A stretch of 64,000 nt of DNA from an uncultured Gemmatimonadales bacterium. GTDB lineage: Bacteria > Gemmatimonadota > Gemmatimonadetes > Gemmatimonadales > Gemmatimonadaceae. Each line of letters opens with the position of its first letter. The first letter of the stretch is position 1. Position numbers and translations under genes: made by a program. The stretch is from assembly GCA_963707505.1 (NCBI GenBank), contig CAVPQB010000004.1, positions 1,184,001 to 1,248,000 of the forward strand, given 5' to 3'. The notes under the pieces were generated by a model that saw only the letters and a program-made list of their open reading frames with translations, was not told the origin of the DNA and made no database searches. Shown one piece after another: positions 8,260-18,716 of the stretch.

Positions 8260-10510
8260 ATGATGAAACGAATTGAACGACAGTTCGCCGGCCGGACCCT
8301 GAGCATCGAGACAGGCCGCATGGCGAAACAGGCAGCGGGCTCCGCGCTCGTGCAGTTCGGCGACACGATGGTTCTCGCCGCCGTCACCGTCAGCGACAAC
8401 GAAAGCACGCTCCCATTCTTCCCGCTCACCGTCGAGTACCGCGACAAGGCCTACGCCGCGGGCAAGATTCCCGGCGGCTTCATCAAGCGCGAAGGCCGTC
8501 CGCAGGACACCGAGATCCTCTCGGCGCGAATCATCGACCGATCGATCCGGCCGCTGTTCCCGGAAGGCTTCAAGAACGAGATCCAGGTCTTCGTCTACGT
8601 CATCTCGGCCGATCAGGAGAACGACGCCGACGTGCTGGCGCTCGCTCGCGACGTCGTTCGCGCTCAACGCTTCGAAGATCCCGTTCATCGGCCCGATCGC
8701 CGCTGTTCGCGTCGGCCGCGTGCAGGACAAGTGGGTTCTCAACCCGACATTCCAGCAGCTCCAGCTACAGCGACATGGACATCGTCGTCGCGGCATCGCA
8801 GGACTCGATCGTGATGGTCGAGGGCGGCGCGATCGAAGTCAGCTGAAGACGGATGTCCTCGACGCGCTGCACCGTCGCGCACAAGGGGATCCAGGAGCTG
8901 TCGCGATGCAGGAAGAGCTGCTCGCCAACAGCCGCCAGCCCGAAGATGGCGTGGACGAAGGCCGAGCCACCGCCGGGCTCGACCAGCGCGCGTCGACGAA
9001 GCTGGCCGAAGGGAAAGATCGCCGAGGCGATCAACCAGGCGGACAAGCACACGCGCATCGAAGCCAGTCGAGCGGTCAAGAAGGCCGCAGTCGAGCAGCT
9101 CGCTCGCCGAATTCCCGGACAACTCGAAGGACATCGCGAACCTCGTCGGCGACCTCGAGTACAACGCGCTCCGCTCGCAGGTGCTCGACACCAGGCATCG
9201 CGTCGACGGCCGCACGCACCACCGAAGTGCGCCCGATCACGATCGACACGCAGCGTGCTTCCGCGCGCGCACGGCTCCGCGCTCTTCACGCGCGGTCAGA
9301 CGCAGGCGCTCGTCGCCGTGACGCTCGGCACCGCGAACGACGTGCAGCGTCTCGACTCGATCGACGATGCGGGCGAGACGACCAAGTCGTTCATGCTCCA
9401 CTACAACTTCCCGCCGTTCTCGACCGGTGAAGTTCGCCCGATGCGCGGCACCAGCCGTCGCGAGATCGGACACGGAAATCTCGCCGAGCGCGCGTTGCAG
9501 CGCGGTGCTGCCGCCGTTCGAGGAATTCCCGTACACGATTCGCATCGTCTCCGACATTCTCGAGTCCAACGGATCGTCGTCGATGGCGTCGGTCTGCGGC
9601 GGCTCGCTCGCGCTGTTCGACGCCGGCGTTCCACTTCGCTCGCCAGTCGCCGGCGTCGCGATGGGCCTCATCAAGGAAGGCGAGCAGTACGCGATCCTCA
9701 CCGACATCCTCGGCACCGAGGATCACCTCGGCGACATGGACTTCAAGGTCGCGGGAACGGAGAAGGGAATCACGTCGATCCAGATGGACATCAAGATCGA
9801 GGGACTCGATCTCAAGATCATGAAGGAAGCGATGGCGCAGGCGCGCGAAGGCCGCCTGCACATCCTCGGCGAGATGAACAAGGCGCTGCCGAGCCGCGCG
9901 CCGATCTTTCGCAGTACGCGCCGCGCATCGTCACGATGAACATCAATCCCGAGAAGATCGGCGAGCTGATCGGACCGAAGGGCAAGACGATCCGCGGCAT
10001 CCAGGAAGAGACTGGCGCCGAGATCAGCGTCGACGACAGCGGCACTGGTGACGATCGCCGCCGTTGGCGGCGAGGCGATGGAGCGGGCGCGGCAGATGGT
10101 TCAGGCGATCACCGCCGAGCCAGTAGATCGGCGAGACGTACGAAGGCACGGTGAAGAGCACGACCGCGTTCGGCGCGTTCGTCGAGATCATGCCGGGCAC
10201 CGAGGGTCTGGTTCACATCTCCGAGCTCAAGCACGGCCGCACCGAGAAGACCGAAGACGTCGTCAAGAAGGGCGATCGCGTTCGGTGAAGCTTCTCGATC
10301 GCGATGAGCGTGGACGTCTTCGTCTGTCGATGAAGGCACTCGAAGCCGCGCCGGAAGGTGAGTTCGTCGAGCGGCGAGCGTGCTCCGCGCGGCGAATCGT
10401 CTGCAGCGAAGCTGACGGTGAAGAGCGATCAGGGCGAACAGTGAGCGCAGTGAGCGCAGGCCGAGCGCCCGCGACGGCCGCGCAGCGGTGGGCGTGGGCG
10501 CAGGGATTAG
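8260..10510 (+). CDS. pnp: Polyribonucleotide nucleotidyltransferase (multiple frameshifts, probably sequencing errors)
   Basis: [70 protein letters not shown] and S1 pieces in changing frames; end inferred from ...GGRGRRD*. Confidence 0.95.
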
Positions 10511-11768
10511 CGCGCACCGGGGCGGACGTCCAGCGGACCGTTCTCCCGAACGGCCTGACCGTGCTCTCGGAGCACATGTTCCGGGAGTGCGGTCGGTTGC
10601 CTTTGGGGCGTGGGTACGCGCCGCAACGTTGCACGAGCGTGCCGAGAAGATGGGCATCTCGCACATGCTCGAGCACATGGTATTCAAGGGCACGCGAGAC
10701 GCGTAGCGCGAAGGACATCAGCTCTTGCGCTCGAGACTCTCGGCGGCTCGCTCGATGCGTACACCGCGCGCGAGCACACCGTCGTATCAGGCGCGAGTGC
10801 TGGACGAGCACATGCGCGATGCAGCGGACGTGATCGGCGATCTCGTCTTCCATCCCGTGCTTCGCGCCGCGGATCTCAAGCTCGAGCGCAAGGTCGTGCT
10901 CGAGGAGATCGCCATGGTGGACGACACGCCAGACGATCTCGTGTTCGAGGTCCACAACGAGCAGCTGTGGGGCGACAACGGCTACGGTTACCGCATTCTC
11001 GGAACGCGGGACACCGTCGCCTCGCTCACGACCAATGATCTGCGCGACGCTGCACGCAGCGTGCTTACCGACCCGGAAACATCGTGGTCGCTGCCGCGGG
11101 CATCGATCGATCACGACGAGCTGGTGAACATTCTTGGCGAGACCGGCTGGCTCGATGCTCCTGCGGGCGGTATCGACTTCGCCGCGCCGCCTCCGGCGTT
11201 TCAGGCACCTTCGTACACGCACGTCGAGCGGACGGGCGCGCAGACGCACTCGTTTTTGGGAGCGACGGCGTCCGCGCACGGTGACGACGGCGATATGCGT
11301 TCTGTCTCGTCAGCATGCTGCTCGGCGGTGGAATGAGCTCGCGACTGTTTCAGCACGTGCGTGAGGAGTTGGGACTGGCCTACTCCGTGCATACTTTCTC
11401 GTCGTTCTATTCGCGCGCGGGGATGCACGGGGTGTATGTTGGTACGTCACCAGAATCGGCGGACGAGGCGGCGGACGCGGTCAATCGCGGAGCTTGCGCG
11501 TATCGCGATCGATGGTGTTCCGGCGGATGAGCTCGTCGCCGGCAAACAGCAGTTGAAGGGTCAGATTACACTCTCGCTCGAGAGCACCGAGTGCGCGCAT
11601 GTACCGCGCGGCCGGACTCGAGCTGTACGACGAGCCGTTCCGCTCACTCGATGAGATGCTTGTCGCTGGTGGATGCGATCGATGAGCAGACGGTATCGGA
11701 AGTTTGCTCTGCGTGTTTTGCAGCCGTCCGGACAGACAGTAGTCAGCCTCGGACCTGCACCTCGCTAA
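10488..11768 (+). CDS. M16 family (pitrilysin-like) zinc peptidase, frameshifted
   Basis: [14 protein letters not shown] (HxxEH), [31 protein letters not shown] in different frames; usual position after pnp. Confidence 0.9.
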
Positions 11769-11790
11769 TCAATTCCTGTACGATACGGCC

Positions 11791-12909
11791 ATGAAGATCG
11801 GAGTCCCGAAGGAAATAAAGACTAACGAGAACCGCATCGCGCTCGTGCCTGCGGGCGCGGAAGCACTCGTATCGGCAGGTCACTCGGTGATGATCGAGAA
11901 GGGCGGCGGCGAGGGAAGCGGATTCTCCGACGAGATGTACATCGTCGGTTGGCGCGACCATCGGTCCTGATGCTGATACTGTCTGGCGCGAAGCTGACAT
12001 GATCATGAAGGTCAAGGAGCCCATCGCGGTCGGAATGGCCGCGTATGAAGAAGGGCCAGGTGATCTTCACGTACTTCCATTTTGCCGCCGATGAGAAGCT
12101 GACCAGGGCGCACATGGACAGCGGCGCAATCTGCATCGCGTACGAGACAGTGGAGCTCACGAACCGTGAGCTGCCGCTCCTCACGCCCATGTCGGAAGTC
12201 GCTGGCCGGATGGCGGTGCAGGAAGGGGCCAAGTACCTCGAGAAGCTCTACGGCGGCCGCGGCGTCCTGCTGGGCGGCGTCCCGGGCGTGGCGCCGGCCA
12301 AGGTCGTGATCATCGGTGGCGGCGTGGTCGGCGTCAACGCCGCCAAGATGGCCGCCGGACTCGGCGCCAAGGTAACGGTGCTCGACGTGTCGCTCGAGCG
12401 TCTGCGCTACCTCTCCGACGTCATGCCGGCCAACGTGACGCTGATCTACTCCAATCGGCACAACATCCTGGAGCAGATCCGTACCGCCGACCTGGTCGTC
12501 GGAGGCGTTCTGATTCCTGGCGCCAAGGCGCCCGAAGCTGGTTCGCCGCGAGGATCTCAAGACCATGCAGCCGGGCTCGGTGATCGTCGACGTCGCGATC
12601 GATCAGGGCGGCTGCGTCGAGACGATCCACGCGACGACGCACGAGAACCCGACCTACGTCGTGGACGGCGTGATCCACTACGGCGTCGCGAACATGCCGG
12701 GCGGCGTGCCTCGCACCTCCACGCTGGCGCTCACCAATGCTACCTTCCCGTACGCGCTGCTTCTCGCGAACAAGGGTTGGAAGCAGGCGCTTCGCGATAA
12801 TGCCGCGTTGCGAAAGGGCCTCAACATCGTCGAGGGCAAGGTCACCTATCCTGGAGTGGCCGAAGCTTTCGGAATGCCGTTATCCGATCCGGACGCGTTC
12901 ATCAAGTAG
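11791..12909 (+). CDS. ald: Alanine dehydrogenase, frameshifted
   Basis: [18 protein letters not shown] at 11791; [33 protein letters not shown]. Confidence 0.95.
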
Positions 12910-12945
12910 TCCGGTACCACCCTCGTAACTTGTAGGAAAGCACGC

Positions 12946-13983
12946 ATGCGCTGGCCGTTCTTCAAAGGTGGGTCCTTCTTCCCGGCGACCGGGATCGCCG
13001 TCGACCTCGGGACCGCGAACACTCTTGTCTATGTAAAGGGTGAAGGGATCGTTCTGAACGAACCCTCCGTCGTCGCGCTCGATCGCGAAACCAAGAAGGT
13101 GAAGGGCGTTGGCCTCGAGGCCAAGCGCATGCTCGGACGCACGCCAGAGAACGTTCTGGCGGTGCGCCCCATGAAGGACGGCGTCATCGCCGACTTCGAC
13201 GTCACTGAGAAGATGCTGCGCTATTTTCTGGCGCTCATCATCGAAAACCACGTTTTCCGCGTGAAGCCGCGCGTGATCGTATGCGTGCCTTCCGGGATCA
13301 CCGAGGTCGAGAAGCGCGCGGTTCGTGATTCCGCGCTCGGCGCAGGCGCCAAGGAAGTGATGATGGTCGCCGAGCCGATGGCGGCAGCGATCGGCGTTGG
13401 GTTGCCGGTCGACACGCCGACGGGCAACATGGTCATCGACATTGGTGGCGGAACAACTGAAATTGCAGTAATTGCGCTTTCGGGCATCGTCAGCGACACG
13501 TCGATCCGCACTGGCGGCGACGAGCTGGATCAGGCGATTCTCCAGTTCATGCGCAAGAATCACAGTCTGCTGATCGGCGAGGCGACTGCCGAGCAGGTGA
13601 AGATTCAGATCGGCTCCGCCCATCCGGTCGGCGACGAGCGCGAGATGGACGTTAAGGGGCGCGATCTCGTGTCGGGGATTCCCAAGACCGTTCGCGTTCA
13701 CTCGTCCGAGATCCGCGAGGCGGTGCAGGAGCCAATCCAGCAGATCGTGGATGCTGTGCGTCGCGCTCTCGAGATCACACCGCCCGAGCTCGCGGCAGAC
13801 ATCGTCGATCGCGGTATCGTGATGACCGGCGGCGGCGCTCTGATTCGCGGCCTCGACGTTCTACTTGCTCAGGAAACCGGCCTCTCAATTCATGTTGACG
13901 AAGATCCGCTGACGTGCGTCGTGCGCGGCACTGGCCGGATCCTCGACGACGAAGAAAAGTACTGGTCGGTTCTCTCCCCCTGA
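12946..13983 (+). CDS. mreB: Rod shape-determining protein MreB
   Basis: [34 protein letters not shown]. Confidence 0.99.
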   Translation: MRWPFFKGGSFFPATGIAVDLGTANTLVYVKGEGIVLNEPSVVALDRETKKVKGVGLEAKRMLGRTPENVLAVRPMKDGVIADFDVTEKMLRYFLALIIENHVFRVKPRVIVCVPSGITEVEKRAVRDSALGAGAKEVMMVAEPMAAAIGVGLPVDTPTGNMVIDIGGGTTEIAVIALSGIVSDTSIRTGGDELDQAILQFMRKNHSLLIGEATAEQVKIQIGSAHPVGDEREMDVKGRDLVSGIPKTVRVHSSEIREAVQEPIQQIVDAVRRALEITPPELAADIVDRGIVMTGGGALIRGLDVLLAQETGLSIHVDEDPLTCVVRGTGRILDDEEKYWSVLSP

Positions 13984-13991
13984 GGTAGAGG

Positions 13992-15116
13992 GTGGCGCGC
14001 CTCGGACGCTCGAACAACCGGATCGATAGCACCGTACTGCTCGTCTGCGCGGTTCTCTCGTTGATCGCGCTCGTCCTTCCGACACAGGTGCGCGAACCAA
14101 TCGCGAGCGGCCTCCGGCGCAGCATACTGGCTCCGTTGCTCAGATTGCAGCAGAGCGCCGAGGAGAGCCGGCGCGCCCTCACGATGCACGACGCGGTGGT
14201 ATCGCAGCGTGATTCGATTGCGCTCCGCGAAATGGGTGTCGGGTCTCTGGAAACGGAGAACGTGCGCTTACGCGAAATTCTGGGACTTGGCAGCCGTCTC
14301 AAATGGGGATTCGTCCCGGCGGAGGCGCTGCATGGCCGCGGCGTCCGTGACGAGTTCGGCGTGACGCTGAGCGCCGGCTCACGCGCTGGCGTGCTGAAGC
14401 TGAGCCCCGTCGTCGGGCCCGAAGGCCTTATCGGTGTCGTCGACAACGTGGACCCCATGATCAGCCACGCGATGGTGTGGACTCATCCGGATTTTCGCGT
14501 AAGCGCGATGTCCGAGGATGCCTCCGCGTTCGGGATCGTGCAGGCACATCTCGAGTCAGGTGCGGGGCGCTATCTCATGGAAATGCGCGGAGTTCCGTTC
14601 CGCACCTCGATCAAGCCGGGAACGATGGTTGTGAGCTCCGGACTCGGCGGCGTCTATCCCCGCGGCATTCCGATCGGACGTGTAATTGGGGAGACGAAGA
14701 CCGCCGAAACGTGGGCTCGGACGTATCTCATCCGTCCGGCCGTCTTTCCGGCGGACGTGTATGCAGTGATGATACTTCGGCCGGACCGCGCTACCGCTGG
14801 CGTCGATAACGTCTGGGCTGTCGGCACGATCGCAGACTCATCCGTTCGGAAAGTCGTGGCCGCCGGTGACTCGCTCGCACGCACAGCCGCACTCGCAGAG
14901 GCAACGGCGCGTCAGGCGGTGCAGGACTCCATCACGCGCGACAGCCTGAGACGCGCCGGAGTCCCCGAGCAGAGCATCGTTCCCCCCGATAGCGTTGTAA
15001 AGGTGCGGCGTCCAATCGTGCGCCGCGACAGCGTCCGGGTCGACACGACGTACCGGGATACGTCGCGTCGCGCGCCGGCGCGACGCGACTCAGTCCCCGT
15101 TCCGCACACTCCATGA
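13992..15116 (+). CDS. mreC: Rod shape-determining protein MreC
   Basis: N-terminal TM, ENVRLREIL, SSGLGGVYPRGIPIG; low-complexity C-terminal tail. Confidence 0.93.
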   Translation: MARLGRSNNRIDSTVLLVCAVLSLIALVLPTQVREPIASGLRRSILAPLLRLQQSAEESRRALTMHDAVVSQRDSIALREMGVGSLETENVRLREILGLGSRLKWGFVPAEALHGRGVRDEFGVTLSAGSRAGVLKLSPVVGPEGLIGVVDNVDPMISHAMVWTHPDFRVSAMSEDASAFGIVQAHLESGAGRYLMEMRGVPFRTSIKPGTMVVSSGLGGVYPRGIPIGRVIGETKTAETWARTYLIRPAVFPADVYAVMILRPDRATAGVDNVWAVGTIADSSVRKVVAAGDSLARTAALAEATARQAVQDSITRDSLRRAGVPEQSIVPPDSVVKVRRPIVRRDSVRVDTTYRDTSRRAPARRDSVPVPHTP

Positions 15117-15160
15117 CGGCTACCAGAACGGATACCAGAACGGCTACCATGACGGCTACC
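15113..15160 (+). repeat. Four 12-nt tandem repeats between mreC and mreD
   Basis: ATGACGGCTACC, AGAACGGATACC, AGAACGGCTACC, ATGACGGCTACC. Confidence 0.9.
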
Positions 15161-15162
15161 GC

Positions 15163-15651
15163 ATGACGATAGCTGGAATCTTCCGGGCAGTCATCACGTT
15201 TGCGGTGTTGGTACTTTTGCACTTCACGCTGCGTCCGTTGCTGGGCTGGCGGGCGCCTATCGACTTTCTGCTGCTCGCCGTTCTTACTTCGGCGGTGCGT
15301 GTTCGTCCCGCTGGTGCAGTCGTCATCGGATTCGTCGTCGGAATCGTGGCGGACTCGCTATCGCCGGACACACTCGGCGCCGGCGCACTGGCCATGATAT
15401 TCGTCGCATATCTCGCGTCGTGGCTCAAGGCTGTTTTTTTTGCGGACAGTCTGCCGCTCAACGCGATGTTCTTCTTTGCAGGAAAGTGGCTCTTCGATAT
15501 TGTTTACTTTATTGCGGAGCATCGGCTTTCTGGAATTGATCTCGTGCAGCAACTTGTTCTCTGGTCGCCGTTGTCGGCGGCTGCAACGGCGCTCGCGGGC
15601 GTCGTATTCCTGCTCGTGACGCGTCCATTTCTGGAGCCGGCGCCAGGGTGA
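15163..15651 (+). CDS. mreD: Rod shape-determining protein MreD
   Basis: 162-aa multi-TM protein between mreC and mrdA. Confidence 0.88.
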   Translation: MTIAGIFRAVITFAVLVLLHFTLRPLLGWRAPIDFLLLAVLTSAVRVRPAGAVVIGFVVGIVADSLSPDTLGAGALAMIFVAYLASWLKAVFFADSLPLNAMFFFAGKWLFDIVYFIAEHRLSGIDLVQQLVLWSPLSAAATALAGVVFLLVTRPFLEPAPG

Positions 15652-17426
15652 GCGTTCATCCGAACGACATTGCCCGCCGCTCACGCGTAGCGAAGGCCGG
15701 CCTTGGTGTGGTCATCCTTTCGTTGATGGGCGCGTTCTTCAACGCACAGGTTCTGCAGCACGACCGCTACAAGCTGCAGTCGCAGGAGAATCGCCTCCGC
15801 GCGCTGCCACTGGCTGCGCCGCGCGGCATCATCTACGACAGATTCGGCAACATCATCGCCGAGAACCTGCCGGGTTACGCCGTGTCGATAGCACCGGTGA
15901 ACACCGACTCGCTCAAGTCATCGCTGGAGCATCTTTCGAGCGTAATATCGCTCTCTCCGGACCAGATCGACGCTGCGTTGCGACGCTATCGGCGTGATCC
16001 CAATCGTCCGACGCTTATAATGTCGGACGCGTCGATGAGCGTCGTGTCGGTGCTCGAAGAGCATCGCATCAACTTCCCGCGTCTCATCATTCAATCGGTG
16101 CCGAAACGGTTCTATCCCGATGGCCCCGCTGTCGCATCGTTCGTCGGGTACACCGGCGAAATCACGGATGCAGATCTCAATTCGCCGGCGTACGACGGCT
16201 ACAAGCCGGGTCAGCTCGTCGGCAAGGGCGGTATCGAGAAGGAATACGAAAAAGTTCTGCGTGGCCGCGAGGGAGTCCGTTACGATGAAGTCGATGCGCG
16301 CGGACGCCAGGTGCGTCAGGCAACGCCGCGGCTCGATCTCAATCCGGAGCCAGGGCCGCCGCTACATACCAACATCGATCTTGACCTGCAGCGGTACGTC
16401 GCGGGCGTGTTCGGCGATTCGCTTGTCGGCGGTGCGATCGCGCTGGATCCGCGCGATGGCGGTGTGCTGGCATTGTACAGTGCGCCGAGCTACGACGTCA
16501 ACAAGTTCACCGGCGGCATACCGGCTGACTACTGGAAGGGATTGCTGGCGGACGAGCGACGCCCGCTTGTGAACAAGGTGACCCAGGGCCGTTATCCGCC
16601 AGGCTCGACATTCAAGCTCGCCACGGCCGTTACCGGTCTGGAAGACGGCCTCGTGACGCTGGACGAGCAGATGCCCGTACCGTGCACCGGTGGTTTTCAA
16701 TACGGCAACAGGTACTTCAAGTGCTGGGACAAGAAAGGGCATGGCAGCATATCGCTGGCTCGCGCTATCGAGGTGTCGTGCGACGTGTACTTCTACCAGC
16801 TCGGGTTGAAAATCGGTTTGTCGCGCATGATCGCGGGCGGCATTTCGCTTGGAATGCGCGACAAGACCGGTATCGATCTTCCAGACGAGAAGCGCGCGCT
16901 GTGGCCGTACGCGGTGGACTACTACAACAAGACGTATGGCGCGCGTGGCTGGAGCAACGCCGTGACCCTCAACCTTTCCATCGGGCAGGGCGAGAATTCG
17001 CAGACCGTGGTGAACATGGCGAAGTTCTACGCCGCGCTCGCGACCGACGGCAAGGCACCGACACCGGAAATCGTGAAGCGGGCTCCGGTCAGGACGCAGA
17101 TTTTCAAACTTGATCAACAGCAGATGGATGGGCTCCGCACAGCGCTCGCTGGCGTCATCGGCCAGGGCACCGCACAATCAGCGCGCATTCAGGGAATAAT
17201 GCTCGCAGGCAAGACGGGAACGGCTCAGACCGGCAAGCGAGTCAACGGTGTCGAGCTCAACCACGCGTGGTTCGTTGGTTTCGCACCGGCTGACAAACCG
17301 ACGATTGTCGTGGCGGTGATGCTCGAATATGGTGGACACGGTGGCCGCGCAGCTCACGTAGCATCGTCCATCATATCTCACTATCTCAAGGTCGCACCGG
17401 TGACGGCCGTGCAGTCGGAGGGTTGA
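15648..17426 (+). CDS. mrdA: Penicillin-binding protein 2
   Basis: APRGIIYDR; SxxK (STFK), SxD (SCD) and KTGT motifs. Confidence 0.97.
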   Translation: MSVHPNDIARRSRVAKAGLGVVILSLMGAFFNAQVLQHDRYKLQSQENRLRALPLAAPRGIIYDRFGNIIAENLPGYAVSIAPVNTDSLKSSLEHLSSVISLSPDQIDAALRRYRRDPNRPTLIMSDASMSVVSVLEEHRINFPRLIIQSVPKRFYPDGPAVASFVGYTGEITDADLNSPAYDGYKPGQLVGKGGIEKEYEKVLRGREGVRYDEVDARGRQVRQATPRLDLNPEPGPPLHTNIDLDLQRYVAGVFGDSLVGGAIALDPRDGGVLALYSAPSYDVNKFTGGIPADYWKGLLADERRPLVNKVTQGRYPPGSTFKLATAVTGLEDGLVTLDEQMPVPCTGGFQYGNRYFKCWDKKGHGSISLARAIEVSCDVYFYQLGLKIGLSRMIAGGISLGMRDKTGIDLPDEKRALWPYAVDYYNKTYGARGWSNAVTLNLSIGQGENSQTVVNMAKFYAALATDGKAPTPEIVKRAPVRTQIFKLDQQQMDGLRTALAGVIGQGTAQSARIQGIMLAGKTGTAQTGKRVNGVELNHAWFVGFAPADKPTIVVAVMLEYGGHGGRAAHVASSIISHYLKVAPVTAVQSEG

Positions 17427-18673
17427 TGTTCAGAAACACACTCACCGACTATCCGCTCGCGGCGACGGCGATAGCCCTTTCGCTCTTCGGTGTTGCGATC
17501 GTGTACTCCGCCGGGCAGACGGACATACCAACGTATGTCGCTCCGCTCTGGAAATCGCAGCTGATGTGGCTATGTCTCGGCGTGCTGTGCGCATGGGGCA
17601 TTGGCAACTCGTCCGTAAGGATGATCGAGTGGGTCACGTGGCCCGCATATCTGCTCACGCTGCTCACGCTGGCATCGCTGCTCGTGCTCGGCACGGGAAC
17701 GGGCGCCAACGGTCACATGCGCAGTTGGTTGGCGATCGGTGGTCATCGGTTGGGTCAACCCGCCGAGCTGGCCAAGATCATCGTGGTGCTGATGCTGGCG
17801 AAGGTGCTCGCAGAACGAAGAGAGGCGCCCAAATCGCTGCTGGAGTTATGGAAGCCGGGACTGGTGGTGGGTGTGCCGTTCGCGATGATCATGCTGCAAC
17901 CGGATCTCGGTTCGGCGATCGTATTCGTCGGAATCTTTTTCGGGATGTTGTTCTGGTCCGGCGTACCGTGGCCATTGCTGGTACTGCTGGCCAGTCCGGT
18001 GGTGAGCCTCGTGCTGTCGTTCAGTACGGGATTGTGGGGTGCGTGGTTCCTCGTCCTGATCGCTCTCGTGCTGTGGTACAAACCATATCTGCTCGAAGGG
18101 ATCGTGCTCGTCGTCGCGAACGTCGTGACCGGTGTCATTGCGCCCATACTGTGGGAAAAACTCGCGCCGTATCAGCAGAACCGGCTCAAGGTGTTTCTGG
18201 ATCCATCGGCTGATCCGCGCGCTTCGGGCTATCACGTTCTGCAATCAAAGATCGCGATCGGATCGGGCGGATTGCTCGGTAACGGCTTTACACTGGGCAC
18301 GCAGAAGCGAAGCGGCTTTTTACCCGAGCAGCACACCGACTTTATCTTCGCGGTTGTAGGGGAGGAGCTGGGATTCATCGGAGTCGCGCTGGCGCTGGCG
18401 CTGTTCCTGGCCCTCCTGCTTCGCGCGACGCGGATTGCATCGCGGGCGAACGATTCGTTCGGCAGCCTCGCCGCATTCGGGTTGATGTCGTGCTGGCTGG
18501 TGCACGTCGTCGTGAATATCGGCATGACGCTCAATCTCATGCCGATCACGGGAATCCCGCTGCCATTCTTCAGCTACGGCGGCTCGTTCATGCTGGCGAG
18601 CTGGCTTGGCGTTGGAGTGTTGCTACGTATCTCGGGCGAGGGCAGGGGACACGCGGGCGCGCTGCTGTCGTAG
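17426..18673 (+). CDS. rodA: Rod shape-determining protein RodA
   Basis: QPAELAK, LQPDLGS, LPEQHTDFIF, GIPLPFFSYGGS. Confidence 0.97.
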   Translation: MFRNTLTDYPLAATAIALSLFGVAIVYSAGQTDIPTYVAPLWKSQLMWLCLGVLCAWGIGNSSVRMIEWVTWPAYLLTLLTLASLLVLGTGTGANGHMRSWLAIGGHRLGQPAELAKIIVVLMLAKVLAERREAPKSLLELWKPGLVVGVPFAMIMLQPDLGSAIVFVGIFFGMLFWSGVPWPLLVLLASPVVSLVLSFSTGLWGAWFLVLIALVLWYKPYLLEGIVLVVANVVTGVIAPILWEKLAPYQQNRLKVFLDPSADPRASGYHVLQSKIAIGSGGLLGNGFTLGTQKRSGFLPEQHTDFIFAVVGEELGFIGVALALALFLALLLRATRIASRANDSFGSLAAFGLMSCWLVHVVVNIGMTLNLMPITGIPLPFFSYGGSFMLASWLGVGVLLRISGEGRGHAGALLS

Positions 18674-18716
18674 GCAGGTAGCTGGAGAGGCGTCCTGCAT
18701 CCTCCCGGTACGGTAG

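Noticed and set aside
8640..12545. Programmed frameshifting or true pseudogenes in pnp, M16 peptidase and ald
   Set aside because: Too many shifts, no slippery motifs seen and intact catalytic residues; sequencing error is more parsimonious
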